From Haliotis rubra (lineage: Eukaryota): 64,000 nt of DNA. The position numbers were made by a program, and so were the translations under genes. The stretch is taken from the NCBI RefSeq assembly GCF_003918875.1, contig NW_025765048.1, positions 558,001 through 622,000 of the forward strand, in the 5' to 3' direction. Positions 40,172 through 52,800 of this stretch are shown in pieces (positions within the stretch are counted from its first letter, which is position 1; each line of letters opens with the position of its first letter). A model generated the notes under the pieces. It was not told the origin of the DNA. It did not search any database and saw only the letters and a list, made by a program, of their open reading frames with translations.

Positions 40172-43100
40172 TCAAGCAAACCAGTATGGCCCAAGCAGCC
40201 AGTGATTGATGTAAGGTTTCCTTCATGGTACATGTATTTAAATCAAATCAACATAAAAATTGAAACAAAACATATTTGACACTGATATGTTTATTTACCA
40301 TCTGTTCCTTTACATCTTATTTTCACATTACGCTGAAATATAACAGATGTTAATGAATTAATATGAAAGTAGCAAAGTAGTTTTGCACCAAACAGTTCAA
40401 GATATCTGGCAGTTAACCAATTAATAACTTGGTAATTTATTAATATTTCTAACTCAGGGGAAACAACTACAGACTTTAGTAGGATGAGTGAACGATTTAT
40501 CCACTAGGCAACCCCACTACCCTCAACTTATACTGCTTGATCCATGATTGAATAGCTACACAAAATGGAAGACTCTTCTGAAGACGTGCATACTGGTGTA
40601 CATATTGTTGTCTCCCCTGAAGAAGTTTCTGCACTGATGCCGTGCTTGGTACATACAGACACCAGCATCTCACTCCACCAGTGTCGCTGCAGATAAACCT
40701 TCGTTATCACAGGAAACATGACTACCAGTGTTACGTGGATTACACTCCAGTGACCTTCACCTACAAGCCCAGTGGACAACCGCCATGACGTAAAATGATT
40801 CAGGTGCTGTGACGACCAGAAGTGGATACTCGACATGAAATGAATGGATCTGCTGCCGACTGTCTAACCTTCGACTCATGTTGCAATGGAGGGGGAGGCC
40901 TCTACGTACACTACGGTTCAGGAAGTCCGTGAAATATCAAACCAATAGAAATCACACCTTCCACACTCCCAAATATAACACAAGGAGATTTTCTCAAAAA
41001 GCAAAAAATATCAGTTTCTATTAATCCTGAATTCAGTCTGAGTATTTGGTGTGTAGAAAACTGAGGCATAATTTGATGATTGCTGAAAACTATTATCCCA
41101 TTTCATGCAGATGATACAGATCTATTTCCCTGACTTTGTTAGCTGTGTCGACCATTACTACAATCTAGCTAAAAGTGACAACATTTCCACAACCTAAGTA
41201 TGCTGGCACAGAAAATGAACCTCTATTTGGCCAATATTTAGCTGGTAATGACAACCCTCAACGTCATAACTGCATACTTAGCCAGGACACTGACTCAACC
41301 CAGGCTCCATCTCACCACAATCACTGACCTGCGCTCAATTAAGCTATGGATTTACAAAATATTTGCCTGTTCACACACTGATTGAATACGTCTATCCAGC
41401 AATCATTTATGAAGCATATTATTGATCCTTTACATTAATCTGTACACATTTACTTGGCCAAATGATAATGGTAATATTTGTGTGCTAAGTTAGGCATAAT
41501 GTTGAAGACATCTTCCCTTTATAGTGCATTAACCAACTGTGGAGAATTATAGCTGAATGACATTTAGTAGGAACCATCAGCGCCGCCAATATTATACAGA
41601 TACTGAGGATTACCATGACAACAACATCATTATTATTGGAAGACAAAACAAACATTTAAAATATTCCTGATGAATTAGAACTTATGTCTATTTGGCTAGA
41701 CCACCAAAACCTTATTCACTAGCCTAATTACGCCAATTTTCTATCTCCCTCTTACATAATGAAACTTGATATGCCTACAAGAATATGTTTGAGAAACAAC
41801 ATAATGTATGTGTTTATGTTGACATGAATAAGAAAGGATCTGAAACCTCCTCCTCCTCCCACAGCTGGGTACAGCACCATAACAGCCACAAGGCTGCTCC
41901 AGCATATAGCAGACCCTCCACTGGAACCATGTCGGAGTGAACTGTGCCAACACAGGGTTAAGCAGTACACAAAAATGCATACAAAAGTACTTGCATATGC
42001 CACTGACACCCCAGCATATCTTGTTTTCACTTAGCATCACATCATCTTATACATACAGCTTAATGTCAGTTTTTCTACCACTAGTGTCATCCATATCACG
42101 TAGACTGAACTCGTGTTCAGACAGGGTCTCGTGTTGTAAGAGTTATTATCAGCTTCCTCTCCACGCCACCAAAACATTGCGCGCCTCACGGAGACCAGTT
42201 ACCAGATCCTACTCACATACATCCTCACATACATCTAGTTGAACGCAAACGCTTTACGAGAATCTTATCCGTTAACCATTTTTAATTTTTCAGCTAGTGG
42301 AAACCCCATTGACAGACAAAATTGTTTTGAGGATCAGTTATAAAGATGACATTTCAACCGTTTCATACATCCCGAATTAGTCTAATTACGTAACGGCCCC
42401 AAGTCATCTTACTATATATCTTACTGCAATGGGGTAAGTTTGCAGGCGTTCCAATTTCTGGCACAGTGCCAACTGACATGTGGATTGAACAGAACGAGAA
42501 GATGAGTGCCATGATAATGGACTAAGTTTTTGGGGAGCCACCACAAATCGCAAAACCTCTCAGCGTGAGAGACGCTTATGAAAAATGGCAGGTATTTTGG
42601 CCTCATCAGGAAGACTGTCATCACCAGGGGTATTTGGGCCTCATGACCCTGTAACCAGCGCAGGGTCAACCTGGTGCACGGCTGTACCAAATATCCCAGG
42701 GTTTTTGCTCGCTCTGAGTTCTGTTACAAGCAAAACAGCCATGGCAGACAGATGTACACGATCTGGGGAAACATGGAAGCTGATTTCTCTAGCCTCAAAT
42801 CCTCGATAGATTCCATGACATGTCTTCTTTGACAAGGAAAATAAAGTAAATGCTAGTCTTAATTGTACCTTCTAAGAAATATATGTCTTTGAAATCTTAC
42901 AGTTTGTTCTCTTTTAAACTTCCAAAGTGTACCGAAAAGCTTCTGAATTGAGAAAGGATGATCGAGTCACTGTTCTCTACATCAATGAAAACATAAAATA
43001 TGAACAATACGTTGACAAAAAATATGACATTCTGACAGGTTTGAATAATTCTTCAATAAATCATCCAAAATATCTTAGGATGTCATCACAAGAATATATT

Positions 43101-43194
43101 GTTAAGGTTATTATTCTGGACTCGAGATAGGGTGAAAGGTGAATAGTAGTGAACTCCATCTATCAAACCTCTCATAGGTTCAGTGAACACCATG

Positions 43195-43362
43195 GAGTGA
43201 GTGATCGAGTTTGGTTTTACGCCCCTTTTGGCAATATTCCAGCAATATCATGGTGGGGAACACCAGAAATGGGCTTAACACATAGTGCCCATGTGGGGAA
43301 TCAAACCCGGGTCTTCAGCCTGACGAGCGAACGCCTTAACCACTAGGCTACCCCACTGCCCC
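43195..43362 (-). mobile_element. Full-length tRNA-derived SINE
   Basis: Reverse complement of the same family as 17169-17325, with A box, slightly mutated B box and (ACTC)n tail. Confidence 0.85.
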
Positions 43363-43859
43363 GAGATGGGTGAGCAATGTTCTAGCTTTATCAACTTGTT
43401 GTTTAAAGAAGGTAAACCAGAGGCAGACAGCATGACCAACAATCCAAACCATTGTGCCATGGGACACATTGTATCCCGCCAGTTACAAGGTAGGACTCAC
43501 AGGAGCCCCCTGGGAACTATTCTGCTCTGAAACCGCTATGTGTTTGGTTGCTTGGAACTCCTGAAGTACTCTGGTTGACTGATACTGCTGCAGCACTAAG
43601 CAGACTAGTGAATCCGAAGGGTGTGGACAGACACAGACAAAGCCAATAGATGTAAGTAAGATGGTGTCACACAACACAACCCCCAACCCTCCCAGGTCCG
43701 AGGCAGCTATATATAACCTCAGGTGACCTCCAACATGACTCCGGTCACTTCAATTACAATCAGGATTCTTACAATTTCGCATCTCACTGAGACATCATTG
43801 AAATCTCTTTCTACATCCCAGGAACTTGCTGCATACGAACTGTCCGTCACTTTGACAAA

Positions 43860-43938
43860 AGGTCAACCCAATCACAGGTGAGGTCAAAAGTGAGGCCCAT
43901 GAAGGTCATTGCTGAACTGGAATTAGATCTCAAGGTCA
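43860..43938 (+). promoter_or_regulatory. Cluster of four AGGTCA half-sites plus one AGTTCA
   Basis: AGGTCA at 43860, 43881, 43903 and 43933 (the last within TCAAGGTCA). TGAACT at 43913 forms an IR4 with 43903. Confidence 0.35.
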
Positions 43939-44055
43939 AAAGGCTATACACTAATGTGGTTGTTTGAGACACATTCAAATCCAAAATAGACTGCTGTTTC
44001 CAACAATAGTAACTTCTTAACCTTTATGGTTTCTTACTGCCTAAGCAATAACTGT

Positions 44056-44293
44056 GTGAGTGAGTGAATGAGTGAGAGAGTGAATAAGTAAATCTTTACT
44101 CTGCCTTCAGCAATATTCTGGCATTATCAGCCTGGACGAAAATAAAACACTAGTCTCATTGTGTTTAATTCAAGGAATACTGCCTCTATTACAAGAGTCT
44201 ATGATATAATAAAGGAAGGGGACTGGAATGAAAAATGGGCTTCACACATGTGAAACTGGTGAACACAATAACCACTAGGCTACCCCACCACCC
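44056..44293 (-). mobile_element. Old, rearranged SINE copy
   Basis: (GAGT)n tail, cagcaatattctgg, aaatgggcttcacaca, and head aaccactaggctaccccacc. Interrupted by ~100 bp of unrelated sequence. Confidence 0.65.
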
Positions 44294-44304
44294 TGCAACA
44301 ACAG

Positions 44305-44463
44305 TGAGTGAGTGAATCTAGTTTTACGCCGCTTTTCGCAATATTCCAGCAATATCACGGACACCAGAAATAGGCTTCACACATTGTACCCATGTGGGGA
44401 ATCGAACCCGGGTCATTGGTGTGAAGAGCGAACGCTTTAACCACTAGGCCACCCCACCGCCCC
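44305..44463 (-). mobile_element. Well-preserved tRNA-derived SINE with target-site duplication
   Basis: Intact B box (ggggaatcgaaccc on +) and A box. Flanked by TGCAACAACAG (44294-44304) and TGTAACAACAG (44464-44474). Confidence 0.88.
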
Positions 44464-46085
44464 TGTAACAACAGCAATTGAAAGGATATATATAAGTGCT
44501 CAGCCTTTTTTCAGCCTTGCCACACATCTTATTCACAATGAATTCAGGCAAACTAATGTTCAACCTCAGCAACAGAACACATTTTGCCATAGTTGATCAT
44601 AAAGAACTACTGTGGACGTCTATAAAATACAACAATAATCCTTCCCAAATTGAAGACACACGCAACATTTTGAAAACAGCAATGCATGTTTCTGGATATT
44701 TAAATCTCCGCTCCATGTGTTTTGAGTCCAGTTACTGACTCCATATCTACCTGATGGAAGGCAACATTATCCCCCTCTACAGATGGTGCTGGATTCTAAT
44801 GGCTTGTCGTCAGAGCTGCACAGCAGGTAAACATGCTCACTGGCCCACATGTATCAATATCCTTGATCAATATAACGGTCTTGCTTAAGATATGAATTGT
44901 CTCTTAATAGCATACCTGATCCAGAAAGTCCCCACAAAATACTAGTCCTAAATAAAGCAGTTATGTCATAGGTGACCTAGTAAGTATTTCAACAGCTGCA
45001 ACAATTAATGTTTGATGAAAGTATTTGTGTTTTGTCTACTGATGCTGACGACGCAAAATCCATTCTGCAATGACGGCTTGTCGGTGGCGCAATAGACGTT
45101 ATATCGACATCTACCTGGATCTGTCTGTGTCAGTGAACAGTGCCAGCATTGATCTCTTACTTAAATATTGACACACAGGCACACAAATCAATTATTGCCT
45201 TGATATCGTAGCATGAAAGAAAGACAAGGATTATGATTAAATATTCATTCATTAGACAGTTTGCTGGCGATATCCCCCTGGAATAGCGATATCAACAAGA
45301 CAGTACTCACCTTAATTCAACATTGTCTTGTAACTAAATGTATGGTTTCATGTGTACAAACAAATCTAAATGTGACTGGCATGGTGCTTAAGTCTTGCAT
45401 TGTGAACATGTCCAACAGTTCTTCTCTATCTTTGTCTCATACTACTTGTAGACAACTATCAACATAATATACAACTTTTAGACAATTATCAAAATCGTAT
45501 ACTACGTGTAGATAACTTTGAAGATCTTTCACGACTTACATACAATTTTCTACGACTTATACTACTTGTATCAAAATCTAAATACTCCTTTTAGATCGTT
45601 GTGTTGTATTACTAGCAGAATACTATCAATATACTACTTTCTGACAACTATTTATGACATATTTCACTTGAAGTCAACTATCACTGTCTCTTTCAGTGTT
45701 TTAAAAGAAGTTGAAGATTCCTGAGGCATCAATGGATCAGAGTAGGGATGAGGGACATACTGCATCTCAGATATTTTAAATAACATTTAAACTCACACTG
45801 GACTTCCTACAGTCATGCATAAATGATGCTTTAAACAATATTTCAATTGTATCATTAAGTGTGTCATTAAGTGTCTATGCTAAAGGAAAGACTGAAAGTG
45901 GAAGAGCTGTCATGGGTTTGCTTGCTAAATATTATATTGATTAAAATGTTGAACAAACAACAGCTTAACACTCTGTATGCATGAATAATTACAGGCATTA
46001 TTTAACACAACATACCACAACAATAGAGACAATATGAACTAGTCCCAACCACAATACAATAGTGATGTGTGCTGCAAAACCATGA

Positions 46086-46615
46086 AAACTAGTTCATGAA
46101 AAACCAAGGATCTCTCACTACCAGCCAGCAGTGTCAGTAAACTAGTTCATGAAAAACCAAGGATCTCTCACTACCAGCCAGCACTGTCAGTAAACTAGTT
46201 CATGAAACACCAAGGATCTCTCACTACCAGCCAGCAGTGTCAGTAAACTAGTTCATGAAAAACCAAGGATCTCTCACTACCAGCCAGCAGTGTCAGTAAA
46301 CTAGTTCATGAAAAACCAAGGATCTCTCACTACCAGCCAGCAGTGTCAGTAAACTAGTTCATGAAAAACCAAGGATCTCTCACTACCAGCCAGCACTGTC
46401 TCTAAACTAGTTCATGAAACACCAAGGATCTCTCACTACCAGCCAGCAGTGTCAGTAAACTAGTTCATGAAAAACCAAGGATCTCTCACTACCAGCCAGC
46501 AGTGTCAGTAAACTAGTTCATGAAAAACCAAGGATCTCTCACTACCAGCCAGCAGTGTCAGTAAACTAGTTCATGAAAAACCAAGGATCTCTCACTACCA
46601 GCCAGCAGTGTCAGT
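46086..46615. repeat. 53-bp minisatellite x10, near-identical units
   Basis: AAACTAGTTCATGAAAAACCAAGGATCTCTCACTACCAGCCAGCAGTGTCAGT, period 53 (46086, 46139, ...). Confidence 0.97.
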
Positions 46616-47981
46616 ACTGATAAAAGACATTGAAGCTGAAATGTACAAACTATGACAGATTTCTCTCCATCATGCTCCCCATATTTCCATGAAGATGTAA
46701 GATAATCTACAACACAGAACCATCATTCCACAGACAATGGACTGAAAGTCAAGTCTGTTAACACATACATGGAGATATGATCAACCAAATTCATTCCTTT
46801 ATCAAGAGAAATCGTTTGCTTGATTTCAACAAAATTCTAATCAGGAGTTCAAAATCAGTGAGATAGTAACAGTAAGTATTTACAAAAGATGACCACATCC
46901 TGCCTGACCAGAGACATGCATCACAAACACATGCAAAGGCACACCAAGTGTTCAGACAACCAGTCATCACAATTACTTCACTCCCCGAATCAACCTTCCC
47001 CACTGCCAACTACCACTGTAAACATACTCCTGTCTTTCAGGGCAGATCAACAAGTAGGCATATTCACCATTTCTTTATTTGAATATTTAAATCCCACTCT
47101 TCATTTTTTACATAATTAAAAAGAAAAATCAGAGGCGTTTCACTAAAACATGATATGAAATATTCATATATCGCAGATGCATTCATAAAGTTGTTTGTTT
47201 TTCTTCCGCTGTTCTGATAGTCATCAATCGGTCTGACATGCAAGGACATAAGTCCACCACAGCTTGCCCAGGTACAGATGGGTAAACATATGGGCTTGTA
47301 CAATACTCCTGTGCAAATACTGCTTTCATACTTCTCATCAAGGCTGAGGAAAAACTTCATGATTCAGCATAAAAAGAGGACAGATGGATTGGTGACCTGG
47401 TTTTATCAAAGTTTGGAGATTCAATACAAGCAATGTTTAACTTTCACAGAAATGCTTTCATAATTTCATTGTTGAACCAGCCCCAAATTTACTAAAATAT
47501 ACTTAAAAAATACTTATTTGGTAATAACATTCCTGAACATTTCTACAACATTAGGACAATAACCAAGCGTGTTACTGATGAGTATGTGAGTCGGTTGTGC
47601 CACTTTGACCAGGAGTTCAGTTATAGCAGCTCTCTGTGGGAGGAGGTCTGAAGCTGGTATGGTGCTGTCGTACCAAGAAACACAAATGGGTGACCAGGGA
47701 TTCAAACCTACGATCCCATAGTATTTGGTGTGTCAAGGGACACAACTCTGAACAACAACTACAGTGAACTAGGAGACTGGGCCACCCGTGCCCCCCACAT
47801 GACTGATGGACTCTGTGATTGGCAGCACTCTTGGTTTACAACCTGACATGATGGATGTGGATAATCAGCCCACCGCAAACCACAAGCAACTCAACTGAGT
47901 GACATTCCTCACTCAAGATTTACACCAAACCTTCCCATCATCTTTGACTCCAGTAACCAACCCTTCTCCCCCTTCACCCCC

Positions 47982-48147
47982 AACAACACAAGCCTTGTAC
48001 ACCTCCACCCAACACACATACACCTCCCCCATCGTACACAACACAAGCCTTGCACACCTCCACCCAACACACATACACCTCCCCCATCGTACACAACACA
48101 AGCCTTGCACACCTCCACCCAACACACATACACCTCCCCCATCGTAC
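47982..48147. repeat. 55-bp CA-rich tandem repeat x3
   Basis: AACACAAGCCTTGYACACCTCCACCCAACACACATACACCTCCCCCATCGTACAC at 47985, 48040 and 48095. Confidence 0.9.
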
Positions 48148-48689
48148 CATGTTGGTTGAGCTAAAGCACCTTCTATTGGTCTGCCCTAGCCTGTACTGCT
48201 GAAGCTCACATCACAAGCTGTCAATCTTGCACTTGCAGAGGTCACAGCATAGTGTGTCGACAGTTTCTCGTGTAATTTATGGCAGAAAAAACTCATTCTG
48301 GATATGCCCCCTCTACTTTTATGTTCATTTCTGCTGAAAAAATTGCTAACATGCTTGGAAAGAAATCCAGCCACAGAAATGATTTACTTCCAAAGAACAC
48401 TTCCACGTAGTTCTTTCAGTGTTAGCTCATGCTGCATCTTAAATAAACAATATCTCAATTTGATATTCAGATAATTTAAATTCCCATTTTCCAGCTGTTT
48501 TTCTTTTATTAAAATGGAAAACATGAAATTATCAATTTCTTTTCTTACAGTGTGTTTCACACATAAAAAGTGCAAAACACACATAACAAAATCTATAACC
48601 TAAAGGAAGCTAGACTCCCCTAATTAAGTCATTTTCTTTGGCAAAGAGAAAGTTGAAGGATGTTGTTAGGAAGACTGTACTAGTCTGAC

Positions 48690-48716
48690 AGGTCAAATGA
48701 GGTCAACCACAGATCA
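48690..48716 (+). promoter_or_regulatory. Perfect DR4 nuclear-receptor response element with adjacent imperfect half-site
   Basis: AGGTCA-aatg-AGGTCA (48690-48705), then accac-AGATCA. A further AGGTCA lies at 48768. Confidence 0.4.
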
Positions 48717-49185
48717 AATGCTTTGTAAACGTTTGATGGAAAGTATCTTATAACCATTAGGTAGAAAAGGTCAGTTTGACTTGAAATTAGAAAGCTAGAC
48801 TCATTAGATTGTTTTCTTGCACATTTACCATTTTATCGAAAGTCGTGACGACAGATATCTATGTCAGATATTAGAAAACCTCTTTTTCTTTAAGGGAAAA
48901 CAGAAAGCAATAGATATAACATCAACATGTTGAACATGAAATGGTTTATAAACGCAACAATAAAACCTTGCCTGAAAGGTCACACAAACTAGTGCCATAT
49001 CATAATCATCAGAATATGATTGAGTGGGTAATTGGGCGTTCAGCACTGCAAACAATATCACAGCTAATGCACTGTCTGGACACCCACTGATAAGGTGCTG
49101 ACAAACCAACAATCATAGTCTGGGTTTGAACCCATGAATCCACAGAAGCATGTGTTTCAGATAGCCACACCATTTCACAATGTTG

Positions 49186-49872
49186 AAAGCACTACCAATG
49201 AAGCAATCACTGTCAATGTAGCAAGCACTGTCAATGTAGCAAGCACTGTCAATGTAGCAAGCACTGTCAATGTAGCAATCACTGACAATGTAGCAAGCTC
49301 TGCAAACATATCAAGCACTAGCAATGTAGCAATCACAGTCAATCTAGCAAGCACTGACAATGTAGCAATCACTTTCAATGTAGCAAGTACTACCAATGTA
49401 GCAAGCATTGACAATGTAGCAAGCTATACCAACATAGCAAGCACTGACAATGTAGCAAGCTCTACCAACATAGCAAGCACTGTCAGTGTAGCAAACACTA
49501 TCAACATAGCAAGCACTGACAATGTAGCAAGCACTGACAATGTAGCAAGCACTATCAATATAGCAAGCACTTACAGTGTAGCACTGTCAATGTAGCAAAC
49601 ACTGTCAATGTAGCAAGCACTGACAATGTAGCAAGCACTGACAATGTAGCAAGCACTGTCAACATAGCAAGCACTGACAATGTAGCAAGCACTGACAATG
49701 TAGCAAGCACTGACAATGTAGCAAGCACTGACAATGTAGCAAGCACTGTCAATGTAGCAAGCACTGACAATGTAGCAAGCAATGTAGCAAGCACTGACAA
49801 TGTAGCAAGCACTGACAATGTAGCAAGCAGTAGCAAGCACTGACAATGTAGCAAGCACTGACAATGTAGCAA
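49186..49872. repeat. 18-bp minisatellite (AAGCACTGWCAATGTAGC), ~38 units
   Basis: Tandem array with degenerate units in the left-central part and homogeneous units on the right. Source of the ASTVNV/ATLSVL repeat ORFs. Confidence 0.95.
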
Positions 49873-52800
49873 GAACTGATAAACATTTTACTCAGTCACC
49901 AACTTTAAGATATTTTTAGAATAGAAACCTGTCTATAAGTAGGCAATGGAGAGGAGCCAAAAGAATACAGTCAATTAAAGAAAACTAGACTTCCCAAATG
50001 TTTAACAATTCTTGTTTTAGGGATTGCAAGAGAAACTATTTCCCTTATTTGGTCATCTGAGTATGTTTCCTTCAATACAAGTTACATTTCTTCAACCTGA
50101 ACTTACTTCCTCCTTCTCAAGCCGAGGAAAATGGCCACTCTATAGAGTTCCACCTTGATGACTGTTGAATTTCAGTTAATGTTACCACGGTGATAATGTG
50201 TAAAGTCAAATTTTCTTTTTGTCTATACTATTTGTACCAGTCCCATATGTACAATAAAAATGTTCTCATCTTACTCCTTGTATAAGCCCCACATATCTCC
50301 ACCTGCAAGTTACTATAAGGACACCTGCAGCAGGCCTGCCACTAAATGTACACTGACACAACCAGACCCACGCATCAAGGAACATTAAAAAGCACTATAT
50401 CTATAACCGCACCGCATCGCTCAATGAAAATAAACAGAAATAACAAAAATATTTGAACATTCTTGGTGACTACTAGCAAACTGTCATGGATGACTGAAAT
50501 CATACAAGGACTGTTGACTGCTGTTGAAAGACTTGTACCAGGTGAACTTGCAGTCACTGACAAACCCTGGCCTGACACAGTGTCCAGATCTCCTCAGCTG
50601 AGACAGCAGATCTAACCATGCATTGTTTTTCCATTGAGCTCATAATGGAAATTGTCTACACTGGTCCTGCAGGTTTGTTCAAAAGTATGTCACATGCAGA
50701 ACAAAATCAATTACCATATTAAACTAAAAAAAGGACTTTTTTTCTAAAGATGTATTGGGGTATTTTGGGCAGACTGCTTGGTTAAATTGGTCATGAAAGT
50801 TTTACTTCCAACAAAATCAACTCATCTGGTTTGGCAATGAGTTAAACGGTAACTAAACTAAACCAATCATATATATTAATATGTTGTTAGGAGTTGATAT
50901 GACTTAGATCCAGTCTTCATACAAGACAGATGTTTATTGTTGCCAATAGCATATGTACTTCAGTTTCATCAAATGTTCTGACAAAGCAGGCAAAGCACAA
51001 GAATGTGTGACAAAAGAGGCTGTTTAACTCAGGAATTCAACATTATCTGAATTAAGTTTTTTTTGTGGTGGCAGAGCATATCTCAAAACTGTAGAAAATA
51101 TATGTTTTATGATACATCAAACTTTTGAACTGGTCCCAATTTGTCTTGAAAAGTAATTCTAATGACCCAATTCTAATGTCCCAACACTTATCTATTTCCC
51201 TCAATAATGTTTCCGTCATTATGTCATGTTTCAAATCATATTCTTGTGAACACAATAGTAAGGAAACAATAGTTTTATATTCATCCACTTTTCCAGTTGC
51301 TGGTTCGTAAATACAGGAAATACGGTACCACTACTCACGCTCCAACAAGTTATCAACAAAGATGTGGTTTTGGTGAGGACTGTAAAATGCCAACCTGTGA
51401 TGTTACTGAAAGGCTCTCTATGTACAAAGTAAACACTTAAGTGGGTTAGATATAGGGACAGGAATTTTAAGGTGATAGACTTGTGTTTTTCTATAATAGT
51501 CCTGTGCACTATTCTGGAGAATACTACAGTCTGGTCTGTACTACCGGGCTGTGATGGTTACATACAAGACTAAGTCACATATCAGCATGAGAGTGCAAGG
51601 TCATTCTTTCCACAACCATCTAGGATCCCTGTATTCTCCAACAATGTGACACACAAAAAGAATCCCATTTTATCAAACAGAATTTCCACAGATTTTAAAA
51701 TTCCCTGTATAGTTTCAACAGATACCAGTTATTTTTTGCAAGCCATTCTTATTTCAAAGATTTTTCCATTAAGCCGAATGAATGATGAAATAGATGACAA
51801 TACGAAACAAGCCAGCTGGCCATAGTTTTGTTATTGTGTCTGTAATAAATCAATAAAGCAAAGAATAGACAAAGATGGTTAAATAAACAAATGATAGATA
51901 AGGGCATAATAATACCCTCAGGAACAACACAAAATATTTCAAAAGACGATTTTTTTAAAGCAGAAAATACGTAAACTGTCACACTTATAACACTCGGTAA
52001 TAACTCTTCCACCCCCAGACAAACACGGAGCTGAAAATCATCGTGATCCACTGAGCAGGACATACGATCATGTCCCAAAGTTTGTAACTTTCAGAATGGG
52101 GCTTAAACACATAGCTTCGGGTCAAAGAAACATATTGAGACCCAAGCCGGGTACAAACCGTTGACCTGGCAATCTGCGCGCAATGGCTGAGCCACAACAA
52201 TACCAAGGGAGCATTCGAAGCTGGATACGAACATAATACTGTAATGTTGTGACAAAAAACATACGAGTGTAACAGGGAATCTGTTACAACTTGGGCAGAC
52301 CTGGCTCACAGAGTCACTTGGTGCTTAGCTGGCCATTCTTCCTACAATGAAAATATTCAACAGATTTCTATAAAAAACGTGGGCTGGGGGCACGACTAGG
52401 CCAGGTCAGCTGAGGGCTTGGCTCCCCAGCATAGAGTTATTTGGAACATCTACACAACTAGTTGTCAAAAGTGACAGATTGCTTTCTGGAAACAAGGAAA
52501 ATGTGATTATTAACATATAGGCAGTACAAATGTGTGACAGTTTACACAGCAAGGACTGGGTACAAATAGATTTCATGCCTGAATGAAAAACCTGTTTGAC
52601 ATGGATGAAAATATATTAATTTTAACTCTTCAAAAAGCCAGCAATTTGTATTCATTCACATGTTACAAGCTACTTCAAACTGTTCAACAATAATTTTCTA
52701 AAATTAATGACAAATTAGTTATAGATTGTTACATAACAATTCTTAGTTCCTAAGTCTTACTCATTTTCAGTAGGACCATAAGATTCTCTATGCAAAATGC

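Noticed and set aside
39963-40233. CDYNL and GCSHT pentapeptide-repeat ORFs
   Set aside because: 15-bp minisatellite open on both strands, with no gene context.
38597-46615. The 40-bp and 53-bp arrays (and the 28- and 49-bp arrays elsewhere) as CRISPR arrays
   Set aside because: Head-to-tail repeats without unique spacers, no cas genes, eukaryotic context.
7650-49135. Additional very degraded SINE-like fragments (~7650-7910, ~40470-40520, ~47580-47720, ~49010-49135)
   Set aside because: Only B-box, head or tail hints are visible; boundaries and family cannot be supported without alignment.
51749-52078. 109-aa ORF (MGHDRMSCSVDHDDF...) as an alternative first coding exon
   Set aside because: No convincing phase-2 GT donor in frame and no recognisable domain, although the region is CpG-richer.
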